32,072 bases of DNA from a virus (Duplodnaviria > Caudoviricetes), in IMG/VR virus record IMGVR_UViG_3300028571_000071, positions 1 to 32,072 of that record. One strand, written 5' to 3'. The translations under genes were made by a program, and so were the position numbers. The notes beneath the pieces were generated by a model. The model had not been told where the DNA came from and ran no database searches. It saw only the letters and a list, made by a program, of their open reading frames with translations. Positions 19,074-27,682 of the stretch are shown piece after piece. Within the stretch, counting starts at the first letter, position 1. The number at the start of each line of letters is the position of its first letter.

Positions 19074-19624
19074 AGAAGCTTGGCAGCCTCCTCGATTGTT
19101 TTGAGCGTCTCGGCCGTCAGCCCGCCCTTGGTCTTCAACCCTTCCAGTGCCGCCTTGGCTTTCGCCGCGTTGTCTTCCAGCAGGACAACCCGCCTGGTCG
19201 CCAATGCGAGCTTCCGGTTTTCCAGATCCGCCTTCGTTCGCGCTGAGTCCTGGGCGAGCTTCAGATGCTCCAGGCTCACAAACGTGTCCGCATCCCCCGA
19301 GTCCAAGGCTTCCAGGGTGAAGATCGATTGTGCCAACTTCCGGACGTGCTCCGGCTCCATGTCGGGATTCCGCTGCTGCAGGAGTTCCGCGACCTGGTTC
19401 GCTCGCGATGCGGCTTTGGAAAACCGCTGCTGCAGCCCATACCAGGAGACAAACTCGGAGAGCGTGGACATGGAGACCTTGAGCCCATCCGCCGCGAGCT
19501 GCTCGCGAGCGTAGGCCAGCCCACCGGGATGCTCCTCCGTTTTCTGCGTGCGCGCCCAGGCAATGATTTGCTCCTGCCGCTCCTCGGGCAGAATCTTCAG
19601 CTTGGAGTCGGATCTGGGTTTCAT
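19070..19624 (-). CDS. Mu gp27-like (DUF3486-type) protein, probable terminase small subunit
   Basis: SKLKILPEE N-terminus with HTH, GLTAET C-terminus; directly upstream of TerL. Confidence 0.75.
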   Translation of the reverse strand: MKPRSDSKLKILPEERQEQIIAWARTQKTEEHPGGLAYAREQLAADGLKVSMSTLSEFVSWYGLQQRFSKAASRANQVAELLQQRNPDMEPEHVRKLAQSIFTLEALDSGDADTFVSLEHLKLAQDSARTKADLENRKLALATRRVVLLEDNAAKAKAALEGLKTKGGLTAETLKTIEEAAKLL

Positions 19625-19894
19625 TCACGCGAGGCCCTCCGTGGCGAGGAAGTCCCGGCCCTCGGCCGTGATCTTCCATTCCCGATTTTCCGGGGAGATA
19701 ACCTTGCCCTCCAGGGCGACGAATCCTTTGTCGATCAGGTATTGCACCTCGGCCCGCAGATCGTCGGCGTCGAGCTGACGCAGTTGCGGAGGTAGGCCCA
19801 TGCGGATGCCATCCATCGGCACGCCGTAACCGCGCGCCATGTTGATGGTGGAGAGGATGAGCAGTCGGAGGTTTTCGCGTTGCTTCGGGTTCAT
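19625..19894 (-). CDS. Mu gp26-like winged-helix protein
   Basis: RLLIL...LRAEVQYL..KGFV...ITAEGRDF; synteny. Confidence 0.75.
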   Translation of the reverse strand: MNPKQRENLRLLILSTINMARGYGVPMDGIRMGLPPQLRQLDADDLRAEVQYLIDKGFVALEGKVISPENREWKITAEGRDFLATEGLA

Positions 19895-20307
19895 GCTTTG
19901 AGCCTTTCCAAAATGCGGTCGATCTTTGCGCTCTGGACCGCGAGCGTGCTGTTTGTGGTCCCGGTCCGCTCGTCGAGCGCGGAGACCTTCTTGTCGATAT
20001 CGTTGATTCGATTGTGGATGTTGATCGCCCGCTCTTCTCCGGCGTCGATGATCTCCGTTTTGTCGCTTTGCATCGTGCGTTCGATACGCTCTGTGCGTGC
20101 TTCCAGCGCGACCACGCGGCGCTCCATGTAGCCGCAGTGCTCGACATGCTCGGCCTTCGTTAGCACGTCTTTTTCATGCTGCACCCGCAGCGGCTGTTGG
20201 ATCGTCCGCATGCCACTCTTGCCCGTGAGCACCGCCCAGGCCGTCACTGCGTTTCCCAAAAGCACCACGACCCCAATGGCCAAAGTTAAAAACTCGCCCT
20301 GGTTCAT
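19891..20307 (-). CDS. Mu gp25-like membrane-anchored coiled-coil protein
   Basis: N-terminal TM helix plus coiled coil; ATGA-coupled start at 20307. Confidence 0.65.
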   Translation of the reverse strand: MNQGEFLTLAIGVVVLLGNAVTAWAVLTGKSGMRTIQQPLRVQHEKDVLTKAEHVEHCGYMERRVVALEARTERIERTMQSDKTEIIDAGEERAINIHNRINDIDKKVSALDERTGTTNSTLAVQSAKIDRILERLKA

Positions 20308-20837
20308 TGTTCCATCCCTCCCTCGTTGAGCCGGGCAACGGCCCATAGGTGAATTGCTTTCGCGCGGCGCAGCCAGCCCTTGAGGAACCGGCTCATCCTT
20401 GGTTTCGTGTGAGCAAGGTTCATGTAAAAGAGTTCCCTTTGAGCGGAGAGTTTCAGCAGGAGCTTCCCGGCCTCTCCTCGCGTGATCATGGCGTTGGCGT
20501 TTGCCAGAGTCTTGCTGCCGACAACCCCATCCACCTGCTTGAGGCCGAGCGCCCTCTGCAGGCACTTCGCGGCCTGGGATTCCCCGGCGTTCACCGCGAG
20601 ATCGAAATAGACAAAGGAGACCGGAGCCGGGAAGTGGGCGGCGGCAGATTTACCGAACTCCGCAAGGTAGATCCGCTCGGCACCGGCCTTCGTGAGCGAC
20701 TTGATGTCCACACCTGGATGCGACCGCTGGTCGATCCCGAACTTTGTGGCCCCGCCCGGATCTGCCGGATCGTTTTCAAAAACCGTGCCCTCAAATTCCA
20801 TGAGCAGCTCGAAGTAATCTTTCCAGAGCGCGTGCAT
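20304..20837 (-). CDS. Endolysin, glycoside hydrolase family 108 with peptidoglycan-binding domain
   Basis: FEG..ENDPADPGGATKFGI, FDLAVNAG, LQRALG..VDGVVG, FLKGWLRR. Confidence 0.92.
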   Translation of the reverse strand: MHALWKDYFELLMEFEGTVFENDPADPGGATKFGIDQRSHPGVDIKSLTKAGAERIYLAEFGKSAAAHFPAPVSFVYFDLAVNAGESQAAKCLQRALGLKQVDGVVGSKTLANANAMITRGEAGKLLLKLSAQRELFYMNLAHTKPRMSRFLKGWLRRAKAIHLWAVARLNEGGMEQ

Positions 20838-21055
20838 TAGAATGTGCCCTCCCATTTAATGGGCCACTTCCCACCGCGCAACGGCCAGCCGGGCGTGATA
20901 CGTGGTAGCCAGGAGTTGCGTCGCTCGGGAACGGATGTCCCGATCTGGACCACACCGGCACGCTCCATTTCAGCGTAGCGCTCGACGCGCCATTGCTCGC
21001 GCGCTTCCGCGTGAAAGGCCAAGAAGCCCCAGAATATCATAGTGAGCTTCTTCAT
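20837..21055 (-). CDS. Small lysis-region protein (72 aa)
   Basis: Coupled at both ends; hydrophobic N-terminus. Confidence 0.55.
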   Translation of the reverse strand: MKKLTMIFWGFLAFHAEAREQWRVERYAEMERAGVVQIGTSVPERRNSWLPRITPGWPLRGGKWPIKWEGTF

Positions 21056-21432
21056 TTCGGAGCGACCCACCAGAGGACCAGGCATGTGATCGCAAACCAA
21101 AAGCATGCGATGCCAGCCATTGAAAAGACCACGGACCACCGAACCTGCCCGGCGCGCTTCCCGCGCCGCACCTCGGCCCTTGGATTGAACGGCCCCCCCG
21201 GCCGCGTTAGCTTGAGCTTGTGCCGCGCGTCGATGCGGCCGTAGATCGCCAGCCCGGCACCAACCGTGTCCAGGCAAAGCGTGAGGATGTCGGTCAGCTC
21301 CGCGTCGATGATATCGACCTTCGCCGCCCGCAGGATCTGCGAGAGCAGCATCACGGCCACGCCGATGATCGTGCGGGATTGCCACCAGGGTTTTACCAGG
21401 GGCGCTCCGTAGGGTCCGCCTCCGTCTTTCAC
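21052..21432 (-). CDS. Holin-like membrane protein
   Basis: GTG start overlapping the upstream stop; KPWWQSRTIIG motif; about three hydrophobic segments. Confidence 0.65.
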   Translation of the reverse strand: MKDGGGPYGAPLVKPWWQSRTIIGVAVMLLSQILRAAKVDIIDAELTDILTLCLDTVGAGLAIYGRIDARHKLKLTRPGGPFNPRAEVRRGKRAGQVRWSVVFSMAGIACFWFAITCLVLWWVAPK

Positions 21433-21725
21433 CGGGACTCCTCCAGCTTTTGAAGTGCCAGCTCGATGGCCAGATTCACAGCCCGTGCAGAGGCGTTGAT
21501 TCCGGCCTGCAGCGCCGCTGCCTTGATCGCGTCCGCCGCCGCCGCGCGCTTCTCCGCGCCGCTCTTCGGCGAGTCCGCCAGGCCGCTCACCACATCCAGC
21601 GCAATCGGCAGGAGCGCTGTGAGCAGCCCGGACAACGAGTCCGCCAGGATCGGCAGCAAAAAGGAGATGAGGGTTTTCGACGCGCCCGTCAGCCAGGCCA
21701 GGGTATTGAGGAGTGCTTTTTTCAT
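21429..21725 (-). CDS. Holin-like/lysis-associated protein (98 aa)
   Basis: Amphipathic N-terminus, SGAEKR..A motif, NLAIELAL. Confidence 0.6.
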   Translation of the reverse strand: MKKALLNTLAWLTGASKTLISFLLPILADSLSGLLTALLPIALDVVSGLADSPKSGAEKRAAAADAIKAAALQAGINASARAVNLAIELALQKLEESR

Positions 21726-21786
21726 TTGATGATTGCAGGGGTGGAGAGCGGAGCGCCCTTCGCATGAGCAGGCACACAGCCAAAGA

Positions 21787-21822
21787 GGGCGGCGGTGGAG
21801 AACAAAAAAACCACCGCCGCCC
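21787..21822. repeat. Perfect 12-bp inverted repeat upstream of the lysis genes
   Basis: GGGCGGCGGTGG-N12-CCACCGCCGCCC. Confidence 0.8.
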
Positions 21823-21957
21823 CTGCTACGCTTCCCCCCGAAAAGAAACCGGACGCGGCTGCGATGAACTCCCCACCACGAGGCACAGCCGCGCCGGAAG
21901 AAATTGCGCGGCTCACTTGGCTTGCCCTCCTTTTGGCGAAGAGACAGGCTGAGCCAC

Positions 21958-22206
21958 ATGGACTACAATCTTCCCGCATCCTTCGGAAATCATGGCGCTG
22001 ACATCCTCGCAAAGGCGGGCTGGATCGACGCCAGCTTGATAAAACAAGGCGCACTCCGGGTCCGATGGACCGACAAGGGCCGCGCCCGCGCCGCTCAACT
22101 CCTCGACCTTCTCGCCGAGTTGGAAGAGCACGGTCAATCCCTGGACTGCGAGACGCTCGAAACGGTTTACGCGATTTGCGGCATGAACGATCCGCGAACG
22201 CCGTAG
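21958..22206 (+). CDS. Hypothetical 82-aa protein, opposite to the late arm
   Basis: Phage-like codon usage; winged-helix-like VRWTDKGRARAAQLL. Confidence 0.55.
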   Translation: MDYNLPASFGNHGADILAKAGWIDASLIKQGALRVRWTDKGRARAAQLLDLLAELEEHGQSLDCETLETVYAICGMNDPRTP

Positions 22207-22389
22207 GAGATCCGCTCCAAAATCCGCACGCTCACGCAGAGTAGCCGAAACATCGTCCCATTTTTCAGCTTTCAGCTTTCCGCCTTCAGCTTTATGCTTT
22301 GGCTGCGTCTTGGTGGTGGCCGCGTTCATGTGGCAGCAACACTGCCACGACGACAAAAAACCCGTAGGGCTAGACCGGAATCACCGGAC

Positions 22390-22503
22390 TCAGCCGATGA
22401 AAATGCAGATCAGCAAAAAGCGCGAGGAGGAGACTTCCACATCCGCCCGCGCGCCGCAGAGCAGAAGAATTGAGAGGCAGACTGTCGTCAGGAGCGTTTT
22501 CAT
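22390..22503 (-). CDS. 37-aa hydrophobic peptide coupled to the repressor-like gene
   Basis: ATGA overlap at 22500-22503; MKTLLTTVCLSILLLCGARADVEVSSSRFLLICIFIG. Confidence 0.45.
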   Translation of the reverse strand: MKTLLTTVCLSILLLCGARADVEVSSSRFLLICIFIG

Positions 22504-22856
22504 TTGTCAGGTTTTCTTTTCCCCCGCTTGCCTTTCGGCTTCTCCACAGGCTTCTGCACGTGGGCACCAGAAGCTGATGACAAATTTTCAATGTGCCCAA
22601 TCGCCACTTTGTTCCCCGTCTGGTTGATCGTCACCTTTTTCGGACGACCTCCTTTTCCTGCGCGTGACGGCGCGGCTTTCAAGCTGGCAGAAACACGGAT
22701 ATTCATTTCCTCAAGTCGCTTGTAAACGGCGTCACGGATAAATGTAGAGCGATCCGAAAAGCCGAGCTTTGGAAAAGCTGCATCAATTTCATCGCGAAAC
22801 TTTTCATCCATCATCACTAAAACTCCGCGCTGGTCGATTGATCTGACGTTCGGCAT
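22500..22856 (-). CDS. Ribbon-helix-helix regulator, probable repressor
   Basis: GVLVMMDEKFRDEID...SDRSTFIRDAV CopG/NikR-like pattern; divergent from the early operon. Confidence 0.75.
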   Translation of the reverse strand: MPNVRSIDQRGVLVMMDEKFRDEIDAAFPKLGFSDRSTFIRDAVYKRLEEMNIRVSASLKAAPSRAGKGGRPKKVTINQTGNKVAIGHIENLSSASGAHVQKPVEKPKGKRGKRKPDK

Positions 22857-22934
22857 GGGTGCATATAAAATCTTTTTTCATTTTCCCGCAATTTTTTTCT
22901 TGCGTGGTGTATATGCTGGGCATATAGCGAGTTT
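22857..22934. promoter_or_regulatory. Back-to-back promoters and operator repeats of the lysis/lysogeny switch
   Basis: Rightward TTGCGT-17-TATAGC (22900-22928); leftward TTGCGG-18-TATATG (22891-22862); three GKGYATAT repeats. Confidence 0.6.
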
Positions 22935-23129
22935 ATGCAAACAAAACAACGCCACCGGGGAGCACTTTCCAAAAGCAGCTCAAAAGCAGTCCTGGTGTAT
23001 TTCCCGAAACACCAGATGCCGTTGATCGATGAGGCCGTGAACATCACGGACACCGACCGATCGAAATTTATTCGCGGGGCAGTCCGTCAAGCACTCGACC
23101 GTCTCAGCCTTCCAGTCCGCGCCGCCTGA
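22935..23129 (+). CDS. Ribbon-helix-helix regulator in the Ner/Cro position
   Basis: AVLVYFP...IDEAV...TDRSKFIRGAVRQAL. Confidence 0.8.
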   Translation: MQTKQRHRGALSKSSSKAVLVYFPKHQMPLIDEAVNITDTDRSKFIRGAVRQALDRLSLPVRAA

Positions 23130-23189
23130 TCACCTTCGCCACGGGGCGGGCCATCCAATGCGCCCCACCACTTTTCAAAACCACAAACA

Positions 23190-23531
23190 ATGAGCGACAC
23201 ACAACCTTCCTTCGACTGGCTCATTCCAACGACAAAAGAACTCCTGCGGCCCGAAGAATGCGCCCGCTACCTCGACCGCTCCCTTGATTTTGTGGATGCC
23301 ATGATTGACGAGGGGAAACTGGAATGGATGGCCCCCACCGGGCGCAAGGTCGAACGTAAGAGGATCACACGCCGCAGCCTGCTCCTCCTCATCCTGGAGC
23401 AATTCCGTGCCGATCCTGAACTCTGGTTCGAGCGCTACGCCGCCCTCCTCCACCGCTGCTCAGCTCACCAGCTCACCCGCCTCATCGCCGAGGCCACCCG
23501 CCTCCGCTCAAAAAAACTCACCACACTATGA
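23190..23531 (+). CDS. Excisionase/MerR-like HTH DNA-binding protein
   Basis: LLRPEECARYLDRS..FV..MIDEGKL...RITRRSL. Confidence 0.75.
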   Translation: MSDTQPSFDWLIPTTKELLRPEECARYLDRSLDFVDAMIDEGKLEWMAPTGRKVERKRITRRSLLLLILEQFRADPELWFERYAALLHRCSAHQLTRLIAEATRLRSKKLTTL

Positions 23532-23749
23532 AAACCACAACCGCACATGGGAAAAAACCCGAACAAAAATACCAAGCATCAGCGAAGGCTGTCGCCGACT
23601 ACATCCGGCGACTGTGCCGTGTTCATGGCGTCAACCCAAACGTCCTCTCAAACATCGAAATCGAGCGCGGATCGTGGGCCAGGAATACCAGCGCGGGCCA
23701 AGGAATGACCGCATCCGAAGCGGCAGAAAAGATGGAGGCCTCGAAATGA
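23528..23749 (+). CDS. Hypothetical early protein (73 aa)
   Basis: ATGA coupling at both ends. Confidence 0.6.
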   Translation: MKTTTAHGKKPEQKYQASAKAVADYIRRLCRVHGVNPNVLSNIEIERGSWARNTSAGQGMTASEAAEKMEASK

Positions 23750-24546
23750 AGACCCTCCAGCCCACCTCCACCGGGAATATTTCGGCAATGACCATCCCCC
23801 AGCTCGCCGAGGCGGGCAAGGCCCTCGACCGCGCGGGCGACCTCCATGAGAACACAGCAGGCATCTGCCGCCTCCTTCACGGTCTCGTGCTCATCGAGGC
23901 CAAGCGCAAACTGGAGCACGGAGCCTTCATGCCTTGGGTGAAGGAACATTTCCCGAACTCGTATCGGGCAGCAGCACAGCGCATGCAGGCTGGCAATGAT
24001 TTTCTTGCCACCGTCAGCGACAAGAAACTGGCCAAGAAGCTCAAATGTGCAGGCCCCTGCACATTTGACGCCCAGAGCCTGCTCCTCGGGGATCTTGCAA
24101 CCAACCTGCCCGAGATCAGCGGTGCCCAGCTCGACATGAGCAACCCGGTCGTGGAGGCCGCGAGCAAATACATCGGCAACCGCTCCTGGACCCAGCTCCT
24201 GCTCGACCTCGGCGACGCCCGCGAAAACAACGGAGGCAAGCGAACGCGGCTCAACGGAACGAAGCGGCGCACCGACCCGGAAAAGGAATTCGACGACGCG
24301 CTCAAAAAGGCGATGGACTGGTATAAGCTCGGCCTCGTCAGCCTCAAGGAAAACTACCTCCACAGCAAACGCCGCTGGGAAGTGCTCCCCGAGGTGGAAC
24401 TCGCCAACGTCGCCGACCTCGTCAAGCTCTGGGCCAAAAAACTCGACGACATCTGCCGCGCCCGGCACATCGTCCCCAGCAAGATCCGCGATTGGGACAA
24501 AAACTTGTCGCCCGCAGAACTCGGCCTCTCGGAGGACGGGAAATGA
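23746..24546 (+). CDS. DUF3102-like protein
   Basis: GLVLIEAKRKLEHGAFMPWVKEHF..SYRAAAQRMQ; typical just upstream of Mu-like transposases. Confidence 0.75.
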   Translation: MKTLQPTSTGNISAMTIPQLAEAGKALDRAGDLHENTAGICRLLHGLVLIEAKRKLEHGAFMPWVKEHFPNSYRAAAQRMQAGNDFLATVSDKKLAKKLKCAGPCTFDAQSLLLGDLATNLPEISGAQLDMSNPVVEAASKYIGNRSWTQLLLDLGDARENNGGKRTRLNGTKRRTDPEKEFDDALKKAMDWYKLGLVSLKENYLHSKRRWEVLPEVELANVADLVKLWAKKLDDICRARHIVPSKIRDWDKNLSPAELGLSEDGK

Positions 24547-26396
24547 CACTCGACGCCTACCAGCGCGAGAGGATCGGAACGCTGCGCCCGATCATGGAGG
24601 CACTCGAAGCCGCCGACCACCTGACCAGCGGACTCGCCGCCTTCTCAGCCCGCATCGGCTTTTCCAAGCAACGGCTGGAAATGCTCTTCTACTCCTGGCA
24701 GCGCGCGGGCGACGACGCACTCATCGACAAGCGCAAGCTCCCGAAGCCAAAGAAGAGCGCGGCAGATACCCTCCCCATCAGCGACGCCGAGCGCGCAGTC
24801 CTGCGCCGCCTCGTCGCGCAATGCGGCTCCATGCTCTACGGCATCGAAGCCTTCGCCGATGATCCCGTCTGCTCGCCCGAGATCCGCACCCTCATCATTT
24901 CGCGCCGCTCGCGCCGCAACTATCCCAAGGCCCTGCTGCGCGCCGCCCGTGTCACCGGCGAAGAGAGCGACCTCGCCCGGGGGCCGAAGCGGTTCAACCT
25001 GCACGTCGCCACGCAATACCGCGACAATGTCTGGGTGGACTCAGCCGGGGTCGAGCATCCGCTCACTGGCGGCGACCTCTTCGAGTGCGACGACATGAGC
25101 CTCAACCAGCCCTTCTGGTATGAGTGGCCCTACGGCGGGGACGAACTCTCCGACATGTTCGGCGTCCGCCTCGGCCGCCAGATGCTCGCCTGCATCGACA
25201 CCGCCACCGCCCGCTGGATCGGCTTCGATCTCATCGGTCGGGTCCGCGACGCCTACCGCGCCGAAGACATCGTCCGTTTCCTCGGCTCCATCTGCCAGTT
25301 CAACGGCATCCCGCGCCACGGGTTCCGCCTGGAGCGCGGCATCTGGAAATCCAAGGCCGTGCGCGGAGTCAAGGGCGTGAACGACGACAAGGAAAAGCAG
25401 GTCGTCGCCTCGATCTCCGACGCTGTCGCCCTCCACTACGTCCACAGCCCAAAAGCCAAAGGCGTCATCGAAGGCAGCTTCGACATGCTCCAGACCATCC
25501 TCTCCCTCGACGGCATCACCATCGGGCGCGAACGCGGAGAATACGAGAAGGCCACCGCCGCCATGCTCAAATGCACAGCCGGCCGCATGCATCCGAAAAA
25601 CGCTGGCTTCCCGCACATCAGCGATATCGCCGAGCGCGTCAACGGTGCGATGGAGAAGTTCAACCTCCGCAATAAAATGGGCCGCGTCATCCAGGGCGTG
25701 CCCATGGAAAACTTCGCTCGCGACATCGAGGCCCAGCCGCTCGCCGCGCTGCCCGACCAGCAGGCTTACCTCTTCCAGCCCTACCGCGAGATCCGGCCCA
25801 TCACCGGCGCCCACGTCCGCTGCAAGGTCGAGCACTACAACCATACCTTCTCCTTCGCCGTTCCCGGTGAACTTGCCCACCTCGGGCGCGGCTACCGGCT
25901 CCTCGTCTGCTTCGATCCCGCCAACCCGCATGCCGGAGCCCGCGTCTTCGACGCCGAGAGCAGCGACAGCAACCGCCTCGACTACGAGAGCAAGCACGGC
26001 CAGAGCTACGGCATCATCCCCTTCGAGCCCGACGCGCCCCAGCTCGACTACTCGGACCGCGCCAAGAACCGCACCAAAGGCGGATACGCCGGAGCCGTCC
26101 GCTCCGAGTTCCGCAACCTCGGTCTCCAGCAGGGCACGAACATTTCCCGAGTCAGCGACGGGCGCGGCAACTCCACCCAGATCGCACGCGGCGCACAGAT
26201 CGCCGCTATGGAAAATCTCCCAGCCGGTGACCCGCGCGCTGCAGAGGCCCTGCAGGCCCGCCGCACGTTCGTGGAATCCGGCGACCGCGCCACGGCCCGC
26301 AAGCTCCGCAAGGTCTCCAGCGCGGCCCTCCTGGACGACGACGAAAACGAGATGCCTGGCGCGCCTTCGCGCATCAGCTCCGAAGCCCTCCTTTAG
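24543..26396 (+). CDS. MuA-like DDE transposase (617 aa)
   Basis: FECDD, CIDTAT, GIP..FRLERG, PKAKGVIEGSF, VCFDP; followed by a MuB-like ATPase. Confidence 0.88.
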   Translation: MTLDAYQRERIGTLRPIMEALEAADHLTSGLAAFSARIGFSKQRLEMLFYSWQRAGDDALIDKRKLPKPKKSAADTLPISDAERAVLRRLVAQCGSMLYGIEAFADDPVCSPEIRTLIISRRSRRNYPKALLRAARVTGEESDLARGPKRFNLHVATQYRDNVWVDSAGVEHPLTGGDLFECDDMSLNQPFWYEWPYGGDELSDMFGVRLGRQMLACIDTATARWIGFDLIGRVRDAYRAEDIVRFLGSICQFNGIPRHGFRLERGIWKSKAVRGVKGVNDDKEKQVVASISDAVALHYVHSPKAKGVIEGSFDMLQTILSLDGITIGRERGEYEKATAAMLKCTAGRMHPKNAGFPHISDIAERVNGAMEKFNLRNKMGRVIQGVPMENFARDIEAQPLAALPDQQAYLFQPYREIRPITGAHVRCKVEHYNHTFSFAVPGELAHLGRGYRLLVCFDPANPHAGARVFDAESSDSNRLDYESKHGQSYGIIPFEPDAPQLDYSDRAKNRTKGGYAGAVRSEFRNLGLQQGTNISRVSDGRGNSTQIARGAQIAAMENLPAGDPRAAEALQARRTFVESGDRATARKLRKVSSAALLDDDENEMPGAPSRISSEALL

Positions 26397-26411
26397 CACC
26401 ACCACCACTTT

Positions 26412-27581
26412 ATGAACAAAGACACCACCACGTCACCCGAACCCGAAGACAACAATCAACCCGAGCCGCAGGCCAATTCTGGCAACAACGTGCGCGCGTC
26501 CTGGAACTTCTCGCTCCACGACATCCGCATGAATCTCGCGCATTGCTCACACGACGCGAAGGAGATCCTGATCGCCTGTTTCCTGTGGTGCATCGACGCG
26601 AAGCACCCGGTCAGCCGTCCGGAGTTCGCGAAGGCCATCGACTTCGACCCGTCCACGATCTACCGGATCTACTCGGGCAAATACATCAACGCCACGACAC
26701 GCGAGCGCCTGGAAGTCCCGCCGAAAATGGTGGATGCGTCGCGCGCCTGGCTGGCCCGGCAGCGCAAAGCCTACACGCCCATCGGAGAGTTCATCCTCAC
26801 ACCGACCGCCGAGCGGATCTTCCACGCCTGCAACCTGGCACGGGAATCCAAGACGCCGGTCTTCCTTTGGGGCCGCTCGCACATCGGGAAGACCTGGGCG
26901 CTCGAAAAATTCGCCGCCGATAACAACCACGGCCGCACGATCTACGTCCGCATGAAAGCGGCCACCGGCCTGGGCGGGATGGTGAAGCGGATCAACGAGC
27001 GCTGCGGAAATTCCGACAAGGCGAACACGGCGGATTCGATTGACCGCATCAAGCGCGCCCTCTCGCCCGACACGCTGCTGATCCTGGACGAGCTGCACCT
27101 CCTCCAATACACCTACCGGCTCAATTCCTTCTTCGCCTGTCTGGAAGTGATCCGGGAGATTTACGACGAGGTCGGCTGCGGGATGCTGCTCTGCGGCACG
27201 GAACTCCTCCTGGAGAAAATGCGCGGCGGCACCCACGGCGAGATGGAGCAGCTCCTGCGGCGCGGGGTCCATAAGTTCCACCTGCCGAAGATGCCGAGCA
27301 AGGACGACATCACCGCGATCCTCGGCCACTACGGGGTCGAGTTTCCGGCGAAGAAGAAAACCCTCAGCCTGATCGTGGACGGCGAGCACATCAACGAGAT
27401 CCCGTTCGACCTGCTGCGCCAGCTGGCCAAGGACAACGGCATCAAGGCGATCACCGAGCGCCTGCGCTATGCGGAGAAGATCGCCGCCAAGGCCCGCACG
27501 TTCACGACGATGGCCCACTTCGTGGAAGCCCACGTCCGCATCCAGTCCAACGGCGCAGTCGACAACTCGGATTGGGATTGA
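26412..27581 (+). CDS. MuB-like AAA+ transposition ATPase
   Basis: N-terminal HTH (STIYRIYSGKY), Walker A GRSHIGKT, Walker B LLILDE, LLCG. Confidence 0.92.
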   Translation: MNKDTTTSPEPEDNNQPEPQANSGNNVRASWNFSLHDIRMNLAHCSHDAKEILIACFLWCIDAKHPVSRPEFAKAIDFDPSTIYRIYSGKYINATTRERLEVPPKMVDASRAWLARQRKAYTPIGEFILTPTAERIFHACNLARESKTPVFLWGRSHIGKTWALEKFAADNNHGRTIYVRMKAATGLGGMVKRINERCGNSDKANTADSIDRIKRALSPDTLLILDELHLLQYTYRLNSFFACLEVIREIYDEVGCGMLLCGTELLLEKMRGGTHGEMEQLLRRGVHKFHLPKMPSKDDITAILGHYGVEFPAKKKTLSLIVDGEHINEIPFDLLRQLAKDNGIKAITERLRYAEKIAAKARTFTTMAHFVEAHVRIQSNGAVDNSDWD

Positions 27582-27586
27582 GCGCC

Positions 27587-27682
27587 ATGAACTACCAGCC
27601 AATCACCGCCGCCGAAATCCTCGCGCTGCGCAAAGCACTACCGGCCGTCGTCGCCTGGCTCCGCGCAAGGGAGGGGAAATGA
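27587..27682 (+). CDS. 31-aa ORF
   Basis: MNYQPITAAEILALRKALPAVVAWLRAREGK; ATGA-coupled to the next gene. Confidence 0.5.
   Translation: MNYQPITAAEILALRKALPAVVAWLRAREGK

Noticed and set aside
17661-20147. 828-aa terminase as given in the ORF track
   Set aside because: The first ~358 codons overlap the gp26/gp27-like genes in another frame; the coupled ATG at 19073 gives a normal-sized TerL
21913-22356. Minus-strand 147-aa ORF
   Set aside because: Mostly antisense to the better-looking plus ORF 21958..22206, and its 5' part is heptamer repeat; cannot be excluded but is not supported
23623-27602. Long minus-strand ORFs opposite the DUF3102-like gene, transposase and ATPase
   Set aside because: Antisense shadows caused by codon bias
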